A DNA stretch of 64,000 bases from a virus (lineage: Duplodnaviria; Caudoviricetes). The stretch lies in IMG/VR virus record IMGVR_UViG_3300031414_000005, one strand, 5' to 3'. Numbering within the stretch: the first letter of the stretch is position 1; every line of letters starts with the position of its first letter. Positions 44,099 through 52,917 of this stretch are shown here, piece after piece. The notes beneath the pieces are model-generated. The model saw only the letters and a list, made by a program, of their open reading frames with translations, had not been told where the DNA came from and made no database searches. The translations under genes were made by a program, and so were the position numbers.

Positions 44099-44173
44099 GC
44101 ATTTCTTTTTTTTTGTCCTCATCATGTGACTTCGGTCGGTAACACAGAGAACCAGTTGTAGGGGACATCAAAA

Positions 44174-44338
44174 ATGAAACTCAAAAGGCTGTTCTGGATC
44201 AGGTTTCACTTAGTCCTCGTGTGGGTGTTGGTGGTGCCCATGCATTGTTCGTTGGGGGCGACCTGGTCAACCATGAAGTACAGGAGACAACAACACGAAA
44301 GGCATTTACGCTTTACTCAGGATGGCTATGAACAATAA
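44174..44338 (+). CDS. 54-aa hydrophobic microprotein with sequestered RBS
   Basis: Hand translation MKLKRLFWIRFHLVLVWVLVVPMHCSLGATWSTMKYRRQQHERHLRFTQDGYEQ; GGGG RBS. Confidence 0.45.
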   Translation: MKLKRLFWIRFHLVLVWVLVVPMHCSLGATWSTMKYRRQQHERHLRFTQDGYEQ

Positions 44339-44340
44339 CT

Positions 44341-44370
44341 AAAAAAGGGGAGAGCCGAAGCTCTCCCCAA
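44341..44370 (-). terminator. intrinsic terminator for the minus-strand operon (possibly bidirectional)
   Basis: AAAAAA-GGGGAGAGC-CGAA-GCTCTCCCC on +, i.e. a TTCG loop with a U tail on -. Confidence 0.85.
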
Positions 44371-44380
44371 TTAAGGCGGT

Positions 44381-45409
44381 TTAGCTGTGTGACCGCGTCA
44401 CCCAGGTATCCATGGCCCGCAGCCATTGCATCACCACATCCGCGTATTTATCCAGGTGGTCAGCCGCCGGCTTGAGTTTGCTCCAGTCGGTTGCCTGACA
44501 CAGCGCTTTGATCTCCGCTTTGTTTCCTTCCTTATCCTTCACCTCCATGTACAGATCCGCCGCATCTTCCAGCTCCAGCAACGTACGGGCATCAAACGCA
44601 TCGTAGAAGCTCTGGTAAGCAGTAAGGAGTTTCGACATGGTATCCGCCACATCCAACACTTCTTTCTTGCTCAGCGACTTACAGGCCTCAGGTACCGACC
44701 CTGGCTCGGTCACTTTCGGTGTTGGGATGGTCGGGACCTTAATGGCATCGATCTTCTTGCGCCCGGCGGCAATGATCTCTGGGGTGAATTCTTTTTGCTG
44801 ACGAATCCAACCCTGCACCGTCACCATCTCCCGCACGGCTTTATCCAACTGCTGGGCAAAACGCTTGGCTTGACTTAACAGGACATTGGCATCACTCAAC
44901 GCGGTGTGGAACACCTTGTCCTTGTCCAGTTCCCCGTTGATCGCTAATGCGGTCAGTCCTTTGGTGTCGATATCCCGGAACGGCGAATGCCACTTGCGTT
45001 CCTTGAGCCACTCTTCATTCCCGTATTCATCCTGGATTTTCTTGGACAGCTCTTTTAACTGCTTATCCACCTGTGCCTGCTTTGTACCCCCGAGGATTGC
45101 TTTGATCGGGGCCAGGAAACGTTTGGTGACTTCAGCCAATCCTTCACAGCTGGCTTTCAAGCGCAGTTCAGGTTCAATGATGAAGAAGCTGTCAGCGCTT
45201 TCCAGTCCGGCAGCCACCTTACCCAGGTCGCCAGTCAGTGCGGTGACTTTCTGGGTGTACTCAGTGACGTACGGATCAGACAGGTTATCCGCATCGCCGT
45301 ACAGGGCCTCTAAGCCCTCGTGAAGCAACGCCTGGAGTTGGACGTGACGTTCTTTGATTAACGCGGCTGAGGCAAACGGGGTGCCTTTGTGTTCGATATC
45401 CATTGTCAT
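44381..45409 (-). CDS. putative internal head (ejection) protein
   Basis: Helical, charged 342 aa ORF; N-terminal EGLEA and AGLES match the S/A/G-x-E prohead protease motif. Confidence 0.6.
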   Translation of the reverse strand: MTMDIEHKGTPFASAALIKERHVQLQALLHEGLEALYGDADNLSDPYVTEYTQKVTALTGDLGKVAAGLESADSFFIIEPELRLKASCEGLAEVTKRFLAPIKAILGGTKQAQVDKQLKELSKKIQDEYGNEEWLKERKWHSPFRDIDTKGLTALAINGELDKDKVFHTALSDANVLLSQAKRFAQQLDKAVREMVTVQGWIRQQKEFTPEIIAAGRKKIDAIKVPTIPTPKVTEPGSVPEACKSLSKKEVLDVADTMSKLLTAYQSFYDAFDARTLLELEDAADLYMEVKDKEGNKAEIKALCQATDWSKLKPAADHLDKYADVVMQWLRAMDTWVTRSHS

Positions 45410-45412
45410 TCC

Positions 45413-47506
45413 TCACCACCCCATTGACGCAGGCAGTTTACGTTTAACGGTTTCAAGTGTCCGCAGACTGTCGTAGTCTGCTTCACGCATCAGTTCCAAC
45501 TCTTCCAGGTCTTCAAACGACCAGGCCGAGCGTTTTGAGAAGTGAATCTCGTCAATGGCTTCCAACCCCATGTCTGGCATGTGACGGGCACCCATGATCA
45601 TCTGGACCTGCTCACGGCTCCATTCCATGATGTCGCGGGAACGGGTCGAGATATTCGGCTTATTACCGGTATCCAACTGCGCCAGCCAGATCCACACCGG
45701 TTGGGTTTGTCCCACACGGAACACCCGGGCAATGGTTTGTTTGATCTCGTAGTCACGGAACGGGGAGTTAATCATGAAAATGGTGTTGGCCATCAACATC
45801 GGTACCCCGGTCGAGAGTGAGTCAAAGGTGGCATTGCAGGGGTTCAGGTTCGGGTCATTACGGAACAACTCAATTAAGGCGTTGAAGTTCTTGTTGGTGT
45901 CACCGTAGATCTCAAGCGGGTTATACCCCTCTTGTTTCAAATGCACGGTCACCTGACGCAGGACTTCCACGTAGGACGTAAAGACCAGGGTCTTGGCTTC
46001 GGAGTTGTCGATGTACTTGGCGAGGTCAAGGTGCTCCACCATATCCACATGACAGTTGATACGTTCACGCCCCAACACGCGGCCCAGACACTCACCCCGG
46101 ATTTTGAGGTCAACGTATTTCACCACCGACTTCACATCCCGGAATTGTTTCTTCTCCTCGTTGTTCAGCACCGTGTTGATTTCTTTCTCTTCAAACTCGT
46201 TGCAGTATTTCGATTGCGCCGACATGGTTGCCCCGTCAAAGCCTAAGCGGATAAACATCGCCACATACGTCTTGTACGTTGCCAGGTCTTCCAGGGCTTT
46301 GGTTGCACCCTTCTTCTTCATCACCGCTTCATAACGATCGACACACAAATCGTAGAAACTGCGGAACTCGGCTTTGTGCAAAGTGTAATACTGGATACGC
46401 TCTGCAATAAACGCCTGCATCAAGGCACCAATCGAGTCCAGGGTATATTTGTCCCCGTTTGGCATTTTCACGGGTACCGACACAATGTCGGGATCTTTAC
46501 CCAATCCCTGTAATCGCTCGATCTTGTATTTCACTCGCCCCATACGGTTGGCCAGGATGTCATTGGCGCGTTTGGCGTTGCGTCCCCAGATCTTTTTAAA
46601 GCGCTCGGCCACACTCGGGGTAAAGAAGGGGTCGATGCACATAAAGATAGGGATGGACTCTGACCCCAGGGCTTTGATCGGGGTACCGGACATAAAGAGG
46701 ATGTCCTGGCAGTCTGAGGTCTGACAGAACTCAATCAGGTTCTGGGTCTGTTGGGCTTCCAATCGGGTGAAGTTATGGGACTCGTCAATGACGATGTTAA
46801 ACCCGTCCTTCTTGAACTTTGGCAGCATGGCTAACAACTGCTCCAGGCGTTCATAGTGGAAGATGTGCCAACGGGCATCCGGATCCCACGGCTGGTCGTT
46901 ATCGGCCACCCACACCGACTGGGTCTTGCGAAAGCCTTTGTCCATGTCCGAGAGCCAGGATTTCTGGATCACGTTCTTGGGGCACACGATCACCGTGCGT
47001 TTGTAATCCAGCAATACTGACAGGCCGTAACCAATCAATGTCTTACCGGAACCGGCTTTCCCGTCCAACAGCAACCCTTTCAGACGATGGCTGGGTTTGG
47101 CTTTCTGGTAATACTTGAAGAACCCGGTCTGGTCTTCGAACCACTGGACGTTCATTTCACGGGCCAGTTGCTGGTAATTAAAGTCCAGGCTCAGGGTGGA
47201 TTCAATGCTACGCAGCCAGGTTTCCGACTCCAGCAGTTTCAGTAACTGGATCAGACTGCGGCGGTTTGTAATGATCGACGTATCATCAATCATCTTACTG
47301 ATAATGTAATGCAGTTCGAGGGCAAAGAAACTGGGTAAGGTGAAACGATTACGCCCAATAGACGTAAACATGTATTTACCGACTACCGAGGTTTCCCAAA
47401 TGTGGGTGATGTCGCGCACGAACCAATCAGTGGAGATTCCGGTGACTTCAATGTTCTGTCCCCGCTCGGTCACTGTGATCATGCCAATCAGGCGTTTAAG
47501 GTTCAT
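45413..47506 (-). CDS. SF2 (SNF2/DEAD-like) helicase
   Basis: DGKAGSGKT, VIDESH, MSGTP and QTIARVFRVGQ. Confidence 0.92.
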   Translation of the reverse strand: MNLKRLIGMITVTERGQNIEVTGISTDWFVRDITHIWETSVVGKYMFTSIGRNRFTLPSFFALELHYIISKMIDDTSIITNRRSLIQLLKLLESETWLRSIESTLSLDFNYQQLAREMNVQWFEDQTGFFKYYQKAKPSHRLKGLLLDGKAGSGKTLIGYGLSVLLDYKRTVIVCPKNVIQKSWLSDMDKGFRKTQSVWVADNDQPWDPDARWHIFHYERLEQLLAMLPKFKKDGFNIVIDESHNFTRLEAQQTQNLIEFCQTSDCQDILFMSGTPIKALGSESIPIFMCIDPFFTPSVAERFKKIWGRNAKRANDILANRMGRVKYKIERLQGLGKDPDIVSVPVKMPNGDKYTLDSIGALMQAFIAERIQYYTLHKAEFRSFYDLCVDRYEAVMKKKGATKALEDLATYKTYVAMFIRLGFDGATMSAQSKYCNEFEEKEINTVLNNEEKKQFRDVKSVVKYVDLKIRGECLGRVLGRERINCHVDMVEHLDLAKYIDNSEAKTLVFTSYVEVLRQVTVHLKQEGYNPLEIYGDTNKNFNALIELFRNDPNLNPCNATFDSLSTGVPMLMANTIFMINSPFRDYEIKQTIARVFRVGQTQPVWIWLAQLDTGNKPNISTRSRDIMEWSREQVQMIMGARHMPDMGLEAIDEIHFSKRSAWSFEDLEELELMREADYDSLRTLETVKRKLPASMGW

Positions 47507-47557
47507 AGGTGGGGTCGCAGCCTTTAGAAGAAAGAAAAAGTTTTTACAGTCAGAGAA

Positions 47558-47598
47558 TTAGATTGCAGAAGCCGCAAAACCTATATCACCATGATGAC
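47558..47598 (+). promoter_or_regulatory. early promoter (class B)
   Basis: TTAGATTGCAG-N12-CTATATCAC-N4-ATGAC. Confidence 0.75.
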
Positions 47599-47691
47599 AA
47601 GCAATAGAAGCAACAATTTTTATCTCTTTGAGGAATTAAAATTAACGCCATTCTGGCACAACACAACGAACTCGCTAAGAAGGAATAACCC

Positions 47692-48078
47692 ATGTTACAG
47701 ATGTCCCCTGCGTTACAAGCTCAGATGCCACGTATCTGTGCGGTTGATCACTTGACCAACCTGCTGGCCACCCACGGTTTAGATAAAGACGATTTCGTTG
47801 TGCGTTATCCGCACAGCGCAATGTTCTGTGATCGCCGTTACGCTTTTGAAGCAGATCCTAAGACAGTACATTTAAGCTGTGTACTGACCCGACGTGAATT
47901 CGTTATCAAGTATAACGTCACCCCTTCTTTCCTCAAATCCAAAGGCATCGAGATTGGTTTCAGTGAGAAACCGGTCCCGTTCATTGTGAAAGAGGAGTTT
48001 AAAGTCGAAACCCCGGCTGACCAGAAAATCAGTCATCTGCTGTTTGACCTGTTTGCTGATAAGGAAATGCATTCATGA
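47692..48078 (+). CDS. hypothetical early protein
   Basis: AAGGA RBS. Confidence 0.75.
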   Translation: MLQMSPALQAQMPRICAVDHLTNLLATHGLDKDDFVVRYPHSAMFCDRRYAFEADPKTVHLSCVLTRREFVIKYNVTPSFLKSKGIEIGFSEKPVPFIVKEEFKVETPADQKISHLLFDLFADKEMHS

Positions 48079-48173
48079 AACGAAACAAAATGGGAGAGGG
48101 TGCGCTGGCAGCCTTCCTGTGTCTGGTATTGATCGGGCTGTTCGCCTGGCGTTTAATGGTCACCATGCCATGA
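48075..48173 (+). CDS. 32-aa membrane microprotein
   Basis: MKRNKMGEGALAAFLCLVLIGLFAWRLMVTMP; ATGA overlaps at both ends. Confidence 0.55.
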   Translation: MKRNKMGEGALAAFLCLVLIGLFAWRLMVTMP

Positions 48174-48538
48174 GCCGCGATTACACGGGCACCCGTGACC
48201 TGATGAAAGAAGCCGTAATGGGGACACTTCGTGGCATCCCGCACGAAATTAACCTGGTGTTGTTTCAGGGCGACGCCGATCGCCATGACCTCGGCAACCA
48301 TGACGGGGATCGTTTGTTAGCGCTGTTCCGCACAGCCTTTCAGAGTATCCCTCTTTCCAATGCTAAAAATGAGGTGGATCGCAAAACGGCTTTCTTGAAC
48401 GCAGCGTTCAATTTGGTTAATCGTCTGACCGGGCGTTACGTCACGGTACGACTGTTGGATGTCAGTGTGGACAAGTATTGTCCAGAAGCCACTGATTACC
48501 CGTTGAGCATCATCATCACCCCAAAGAAAGGACTGTAA
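48170..48538 (+). CDS. hypothetical protein
   Basis: ATGA overlap with the microprotein. Confidence 0.65.
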   Translation: MSRDYTGTRDLMKEAVMGTLRGIPHEINLVLFQGDADRHDLGNHDGDRLLALFRTAFQSIPLSNAKNEVDRKTAFLNAAFNLVNRLTGRYVTVRLLDVSVDKYCPEATDYPLSIIITPKKGL

Positions 48539-48541
48539 CCC

Positions 48542-49087
48542 ATGTCAATTGAGATCCAATTGCAACGCGCGCTAGAATTAACCCTGAATGAAGAACACGA
48601 TTCCCTGAGTGACATGGTGTGCCGCGTGCACACCTCGTTAGTGGGACGGGCCATTAACCTGTTAAAGCAAGCGGGGTTTGGTGCAGACATCGCAGTGGTG
48701 CAAAGCTTTGAGCTGGTGAATAACAAGTTGGGTGTGTACGAAGTCAAGATGACGTTTACACCTAATAAGAAGCACGACAGTTATACCCTCTCTCTTAAAT
48801 CAAAAGTTAAGAAAGAAGCTATCCTGAGTGCCTTCATTAACCAGTGTCGGGTGATTGCCCAACCGCTATTGAATGCCAAGACCAAACGGGAAATCCTGTT
48901 AGAAGCGCTGTCTGAACACATCAATAACGATGATGGGTACAGCGGTGTCCGTACGTACGTGGATTACCGGGATATGCGAAACCTGCTGATCCGTTGCCAG
49001 GTAAAGAAAGAATTTGAAATGTTGCTTAGCAATAACAGCAGAAGCCGTCAGAAAAAAGATGAGGAGTGGGCATGGGCGCAATGGTAA
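48542..49087 (+). CDS. hypothetical protein
   Basis: AAGGA RBS. Confidence 0.7.
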   Translation: MSIEIQLQRALELTLNEEHDSLSDMVCRVHTSLVGRAINLLKQAGFGADIAVVQSFELVNNKLGVYEVKMTFTPNKKHDSYTLSLKSKVKKEAILSAFINQCRVIAQPLLNAKTKREILLEALSEHINNDDGYSGVRTYVDYRDMRNLLIRCQVKKEFEMLLSNNSRSRQKKDEEWAWAQW

Positions 49088-49386
49088 TTGGTTGTATTTC
49101 ATTCATCGTGTTGCTCTGCACCGCCGCAGGGTGGTTGTGGATGACCGCACGTCAGCGGACAGAGAGTGATTACTGGTGGGGGTTAATGGCCGGCTACGCT
49201 GCACTCTATTTGTACTGTGTTTACTCCAACCCGCTACACCTGACACGTCTGCCTTTTCCTGTGATCCTTCTACTGATTCTGTTAACCGGTTATTGTGCCG
49301 GGGCATTACGCCTCGGGCGCGCATCACCCAGTATCCTGGCCGGGTTCTTCCTGGCGGGACTCATCCTGGGTTGTGGCCAAAGCTAA
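49066..49386 (+). CDS. multi-pass membrane protein
   Basis: Four hydrophobic segments; GAGGAG RBS. Confidence 0.7.
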   Translation: MGMGAMVIGCISFIVLLCTAAGWLWMTARQRTESDYWWGLMAGYAALYLYCVYSNPLHLTRLPFPVILLLILLTGYCAGALRLGRASPSILAGFFLAGLILGCGQS

Positions 49387-49434
49387 GAGAGGTACCTTCT
49401 AATGTCATACCTGAACCAAACGAACCCAGCCCTG

Positions 49435-49526
49435 GCACCCGCGCGAAAGCGTGGGTGTTTTTCGGCGAACCCAATTAACCCTGAGTAAGTGCACCACTTC
49501 GGAGGCCTTCGGGCCTCCATCTTTTT
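49435..49526 (+). terminator. tandem intrinsic terminators
   Basis: CACCCGCGC-GAAA-GCGTGGGTG-TTTTT, then GGAGGCC-TTCG-GGCCTCC with a T tract. Confidence 0.75.
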
Positions 49527-49603
49527 CATCTCTTTTTTTTATGTAAAGAATTACGTGTTCACGTATTACTATGTGACACTGATCCATACAACAGGAAATT
49601 ACA

Positions 49604-50761
49604 ATGAAAGACACAGCCCCAAAGAAAAAGAACCTGAAGCAAGAACGCAAAGAATTCCAGCGTCAGCGTGAAGAACTCCGCCTCGATATCAAACAGAGTC
49701 TGGCGTCCTATATGGAACACCAGGCTAAACGTCTGGCCGAACAGCTCGGTCAAGAACGCGGTGAGCAGATCCGTGTGGTGGTGTATGGCGCTGATGCGAT
49801 CTATAACCACGAAGAAGACCGTTTCTATGCCTCGGTGTATTGCAAGTTCAACCATGCCGGTGCTGAACTCCAGAGCGCGAACTACAGCCTCAACCCGAAC
49901 ACCTTTAAAGGTCAGTTCCAACCCACGTACCTGCCGTACCTGATCCCCGAGATCAAATGTGAAGGCGAGTTTAATTTCATTACTGATGCCACCCGTGAAG
50001 CGCACGACCTGGCCTGGGACAGTTTCAAAGTGTTACTGAACCTGTACGGTGATAAACTGGACAACCTGCGTGACTACGTGAAAAGCGAAGCGAGCCTGGC
50101 CGGTAAAGAAGTCGGTGCTCACCTCTACCGTGGTGAAGATGGGTTGATCGGTGTCGTGATCCAGGTCAACTCCGATAAGCAGGTGTTACTGGGTACGGCG
50201 AAGTCTGACGAAGAGCGCCCGTACATCGACAACATGGCCACTGCCATTGAGATCGATACCCTGCGCAATGTGGTGCCAAAGACCCGTGCGAAGGTTGTAG
50301 CCGAAGAACACCTGTTCTTTGACTACATGGTCGGTCAAATCTTTGAACAGCTGCACAACCGTGGCTGGGAAACCGTACAGACTGTCTCTAACGAAGAGCT
50401 GCCGAAGTACGTCGAAGAAACCGTCGCTGAAGCCCTGCGTCTGATTGCGGAAATCCGTGACGACGAAGAGATGAAAGCCAAAGCCGCGGAACCGTACGAC
50501 TACCCGATCACCGGCCTGCGTATCGACAGCAACTTCCTACTGTATTACACCGCCAACGACTATGCGATTGATTGTGCAGATCAGGACGCATTGAAGGTGT
50601 TGGCACGTCGTACCCCAATGCGTGTCTGGGTACAGGCTGAAATGAAACTGGTTGAGCAGTTAATCGAACAAGGTATCATTGATCAGAAAGATACCAAGCG
50701 TCCGGTCAACCCGCCAGTGAAAGAAGGTTACGACGCACCGGTCGCCGAAGAAACCGAATAA
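49604..50761 (+). CDS. hypothetical protein (monocistronic)
   Basis: 385 aa; AGGA RBS; candidate GTATTAC promoter core at about 49563. Confidence 0.85.
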   Translation: MKDTAPKKKNLKQERKEFQRQREELRLDIKQSLASYMEHQAKRLAEQLGQERGEQIRVVVYGADAIYNHEEDRFYASVYCKFNHAGAELQSANYSLNPNTFKGQFQPTYLPYLIPEIKCEGEFNFITDATREAHDLAWDSFKVLLNLYGDKLDNLRDYVKSEASLAGKEVGAHLYRGEDGLIGVVIQVNSDKQVLLGTAKSDEERPYIDNMATAIEIDTLRNVVPKTRAKVVAEEHLFFDYMVGQIFEQLHNRGWETVQTVSNEELPKYVEETVAEALRLIAEIRDDEEMKAKAAEPYDYPITGLRIDSNFLLYYTANDYAIDCADQDALKVLARRTPMRVWVQAEMKLVEQLIEQGIIDQKDTKRPVNPPVKEGYDAPVAEETE

Positions 50762-50788
50762 CACCGAACCTCCCAACACCAGGGGAGC

Positions 50789-50819
50789 GAGCCTACTGCT
50801 TCGGCAGTAGGCTCTTTTT
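50789..50819 (+). terminator. intrinsic terminator
   Basis: GAGCCTACTGC-TTCG-GCAGTAGGCTC-TTTTT. Confidence 0.9.
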
Positions 50820-50826
50820 ACGCAAT

Positions 50827-50867
50827 TTAGATTGCAGTGTGGTTGAGGTCTATATTACCCATGTGAA
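50827..50867 (+). promoter_or_regulatory. early promoter (class B)
   Basis: TTAGATTGCAG-N12-CTATATTAC-N4-GTGAA. Confidence 0.8.
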
Positions 50868-50896
50868 TAGGAAACGTAGTTCTCTTAGGAGCCATA

Positions 50897-51946
50897 GTGC
50901 AGATCAGTAATATCAATGTTCACGCCGGGTTCCCGACGTTGCTGTCTAATGAAGAATTCGCCAGCATCGCCCAACAAAGCAAAGGTAACGGAGACGTATT
51001 CCGCCAGCAACTGCGCGAAGCGTTGCATGAGAAATTGAATACACCCCCGATGCGTGAACTCCGGTTTACGCTGTGCTATTACGCGCTTCCCTATGCTTAT
51101 ACCCGTCCCGGTACCAACGGGATTAACACATCGAACTTAGTACAAGGAAATAAAACCATGGGCCGTCCAAACAACAAGCCACAGAACCGTACCGACAAAG
51201 CTGCACCACAGTTAACTTTAGCCGGCGTGAAAGAAGCGATTCTCTCACACACCCCACTGGCTGATGAAAGCGAGCTGGAGAAAGCAGCCTACGCGGTACT
51301 CACCCGGGTTACCAAACGTCACATGAGTCTGACCGATGCACTCGATGATGTCCTGGTTCCGAAGCAGCCTGAATTCGTTGAAGTCCAACTGGACCTTGAC
51401 CAATTCGACGATGATACCCGTGAGAAAATCGCACAGCAAATCATCGCCCTCCGGAAAGAACAACCGCAGCTGTCGAATGACGACGCCTTGCAGTTAATCT
51501 TAACCTCCATTATCGAAACCACCGTTCACACGCCTAACGAGGTAGTCACCATGTCAGAACAAACCAACACCAACAGCAACACCCTGAACCTGACCCCGGT
51601 TAGCGAAGCTGTTCAGCAGGGCGTGCGGAGTACAGAACCTACATCAAACCAGCAGGCGATAATAGATATGATAGTACGGGACGGCAGCGAAGCTCATCTG
51701 CCAGAAGCGTCAGTCGAAGAAAGCCTGGAAGAGTTGCGTGCCAAAGAAGAAGCCTACGTGGCGGATCACGGTGCGGAACTGCAAGCCAACCTGGTCACCG
51801 GGAACAGCCCTAACTGGAAACTGGTCGGTGGGATTGCTGCGGGTCTGGCGCTGTTGGGTGTGGCCGGTTATGTCGGCTACCGCTATTACCAGCGTCAGCA
51901 GGACGGCGTACCGAATCTCACTGTAAACGATGCAGAAGAGATCTGA
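50897..51946 (+). CDS. C-terminally membrane-anchored early protein with nested in-frame starts (51158, 51551)
   Basis: AGGAG+GTG 50897, AAGGA+ATG 51158, GAGG+ATG 51551; TM segment LVGGIAAGLALLGVAGYVGY. Confidence 0.7.
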   Translation: MQISNINVHAGFPTLLSNEEFASIAQQSKGNGDVFRQQLREALHEKLNTPPMRELRFTLCYYALPYAYTRPGTNGINTSNLVQGNKTMGRPNNKPQNRTDKAAPQLTLAGVKEAILSHTPLADESELEKAAYAVLTRVTKRHMSLTDALDDVLVPKQPEFVEVQLDLDQFDDDTREKIAQQIIALRKEQPQLSNDDALQLILTSIIETTVHTPNEVVTMSEQTNTNSNTLNLTPVSEAVQQGVRSTEPTSNQQAIIDMIVRDGSEAHLPEASVEESLEELRAKEEAYVADHGAELQANLVTGNSPNWKLVGGIAAGLALLGVAGYVGYRYYQRQQDGVPNLTVNDAEEI

Positions 51947-51952
51947 TTAAAT

Positions 51953-51975
51953 GAGGAGCCTTCGGGCTCCTCTTC
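51953..51975 (+). terminator. intrinsic terminator
   Basis: GAGGAGCC-TTCG-GGCTCCTC. Confidence 0.8.
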
Positions 51976-52032
51976 ATTCGGCTCTTTTTTTTGCCTATTT
52001 TCTGACAGTGAGAATAAATAAAGGGCTGCATC

Positions 52033-52503
52033 ATGCTAACTGAAGCTGTACTGCGGATCATCCTCACCGCGGCGATTGGGCTGCTGGGATGGTTCATTGT
52101 TTATCGGCACCGGGTGCAAGCAGAACGTGTGGTGGAATCTCTGAGTCAGAAAAACTTAATGAGTTCGTTACGCTACCACAACCCGGCGCTTAAGGAGTCG
52201 TGTGCTTACCACGTGATCTACGGGTCATTGAAGACCCGCTACCGGTCACCCCTCGCATTGCAACTCACCCCACAACGGGAAGCGGTGATGGACACGCTGG
52301 CCATGGGGTTGTTGTGTGCGGTCACCATCGAATTGCGCGAACCGTTTTTGATTCTGTCGACCCTGGCAGAATGCATTCGGCTTGAACACAAGGTGTCTAC
52401 CAGTGTGTTTATCAATGACAAAGGAGCGATGGAACTGGTCATCCGTGAACCTACGTATGAACTGTACTACTTCGTGTTTCATTCGAAAGAGATTCTCATT
52501 TAG
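52033..52503 (+). CDS. N-terminally anchored membrane protein
   Basis: TM segment IILTAAIGLLGWFIV. Confidence 0.7.
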   Translation: MLTEAVLRIILTAAIGLLGWFIVYRHRVQAERVVESLSQKNLMSSLRYHNPALKESCAYHVIYGSLKTRYRSPLALQLTPQREAVMDTLAMGLLCAVTIELREPFLILSTLAECIRLEHKVSTSVFINDKGAMELVIREPTYELYYFVFHSKEILI

Positions 52504-52517
52504 AATAGGTAGCCATC

Positions 52518-52880
52518 ATGGGCCATAACGCCATTCTTCTATTGTTCGTTTTTGTGGTGCTGGTTTTGTTATTCGTTTTAATGGTGCGTTTCGTCGTGGG
52601 TCGACTGGAGGCTTATTCGACGGTGTTTAACAACACCATCGGACAGAACGTGTTTTATTCACTGACATATCTCGACAACTATATCCATGACAGTCCGGAC
52701 CCGGTGACGGTGATGGGTGTCAAGACCAAACTGGATTACTTAACCAATGACCCGATCTATCGGTTGCAAATGGAGTTGGTTGAGAACCACACCCCACTGG
52801 CGCATGCGGTGGTCTTTAAAACCCGTCAGGGGGTGGTGGTGCACCGCGCGTTATACCAAACGACGTTGTTTGCAAAATAG
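52518..52880 (+). CDS. N-terminally anchored membrane protein
   Basis: TM segment ILLLFVFVVLVLLFVLMV. Confidence 0.7.
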   Translation: MGHNAILLLFVFVVLVLLFVLMVRFVVGRLEAYSTVFNNTIGQNVFYSLTYLDNYIHDSPDPVTVMGVKTKLDYLTNDPIYRLQMELVENHTPLAHAVVFKTRQGVVVHRALYQTTLFAK

Positions 52881-52883
52881 CCT

Positions 52884-52914
52884 AAAGAGGGAGAGGCTTG
52901 CGCCTCTCCCTTTT
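52884..52914. terminator. bidirectional terminator between convergent genes
   Basis: AGGGAGAGGC-TTGC-GCCTCTCCCT flanked by A and T runs. Confidence 0.85.
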
Positions 52915-52917
52915 CAG

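Noticed and set aside
43805-44171. Minus-strand ORFs 43805..44125 and 43899..44171
   Set aside because: No evident RBS, low-complexity starts derived from T tracts, and they overlap strong + strand RNA structure and terminators.
45542-47561. + strand ORFs overlapping the helicase (and similar antisense ORFs throughout)
   Set aside because: Shadows of well-supported genes on the opposite strand; no RBS or recognisable motifs.
49401-49487. 28-aa ORF MSYLNQTNPALAPARKRGCFSANPINPE
   Set aside because: It has an RBS-like GAGAGG but overlaps a clear terminator hairpin; no other support.
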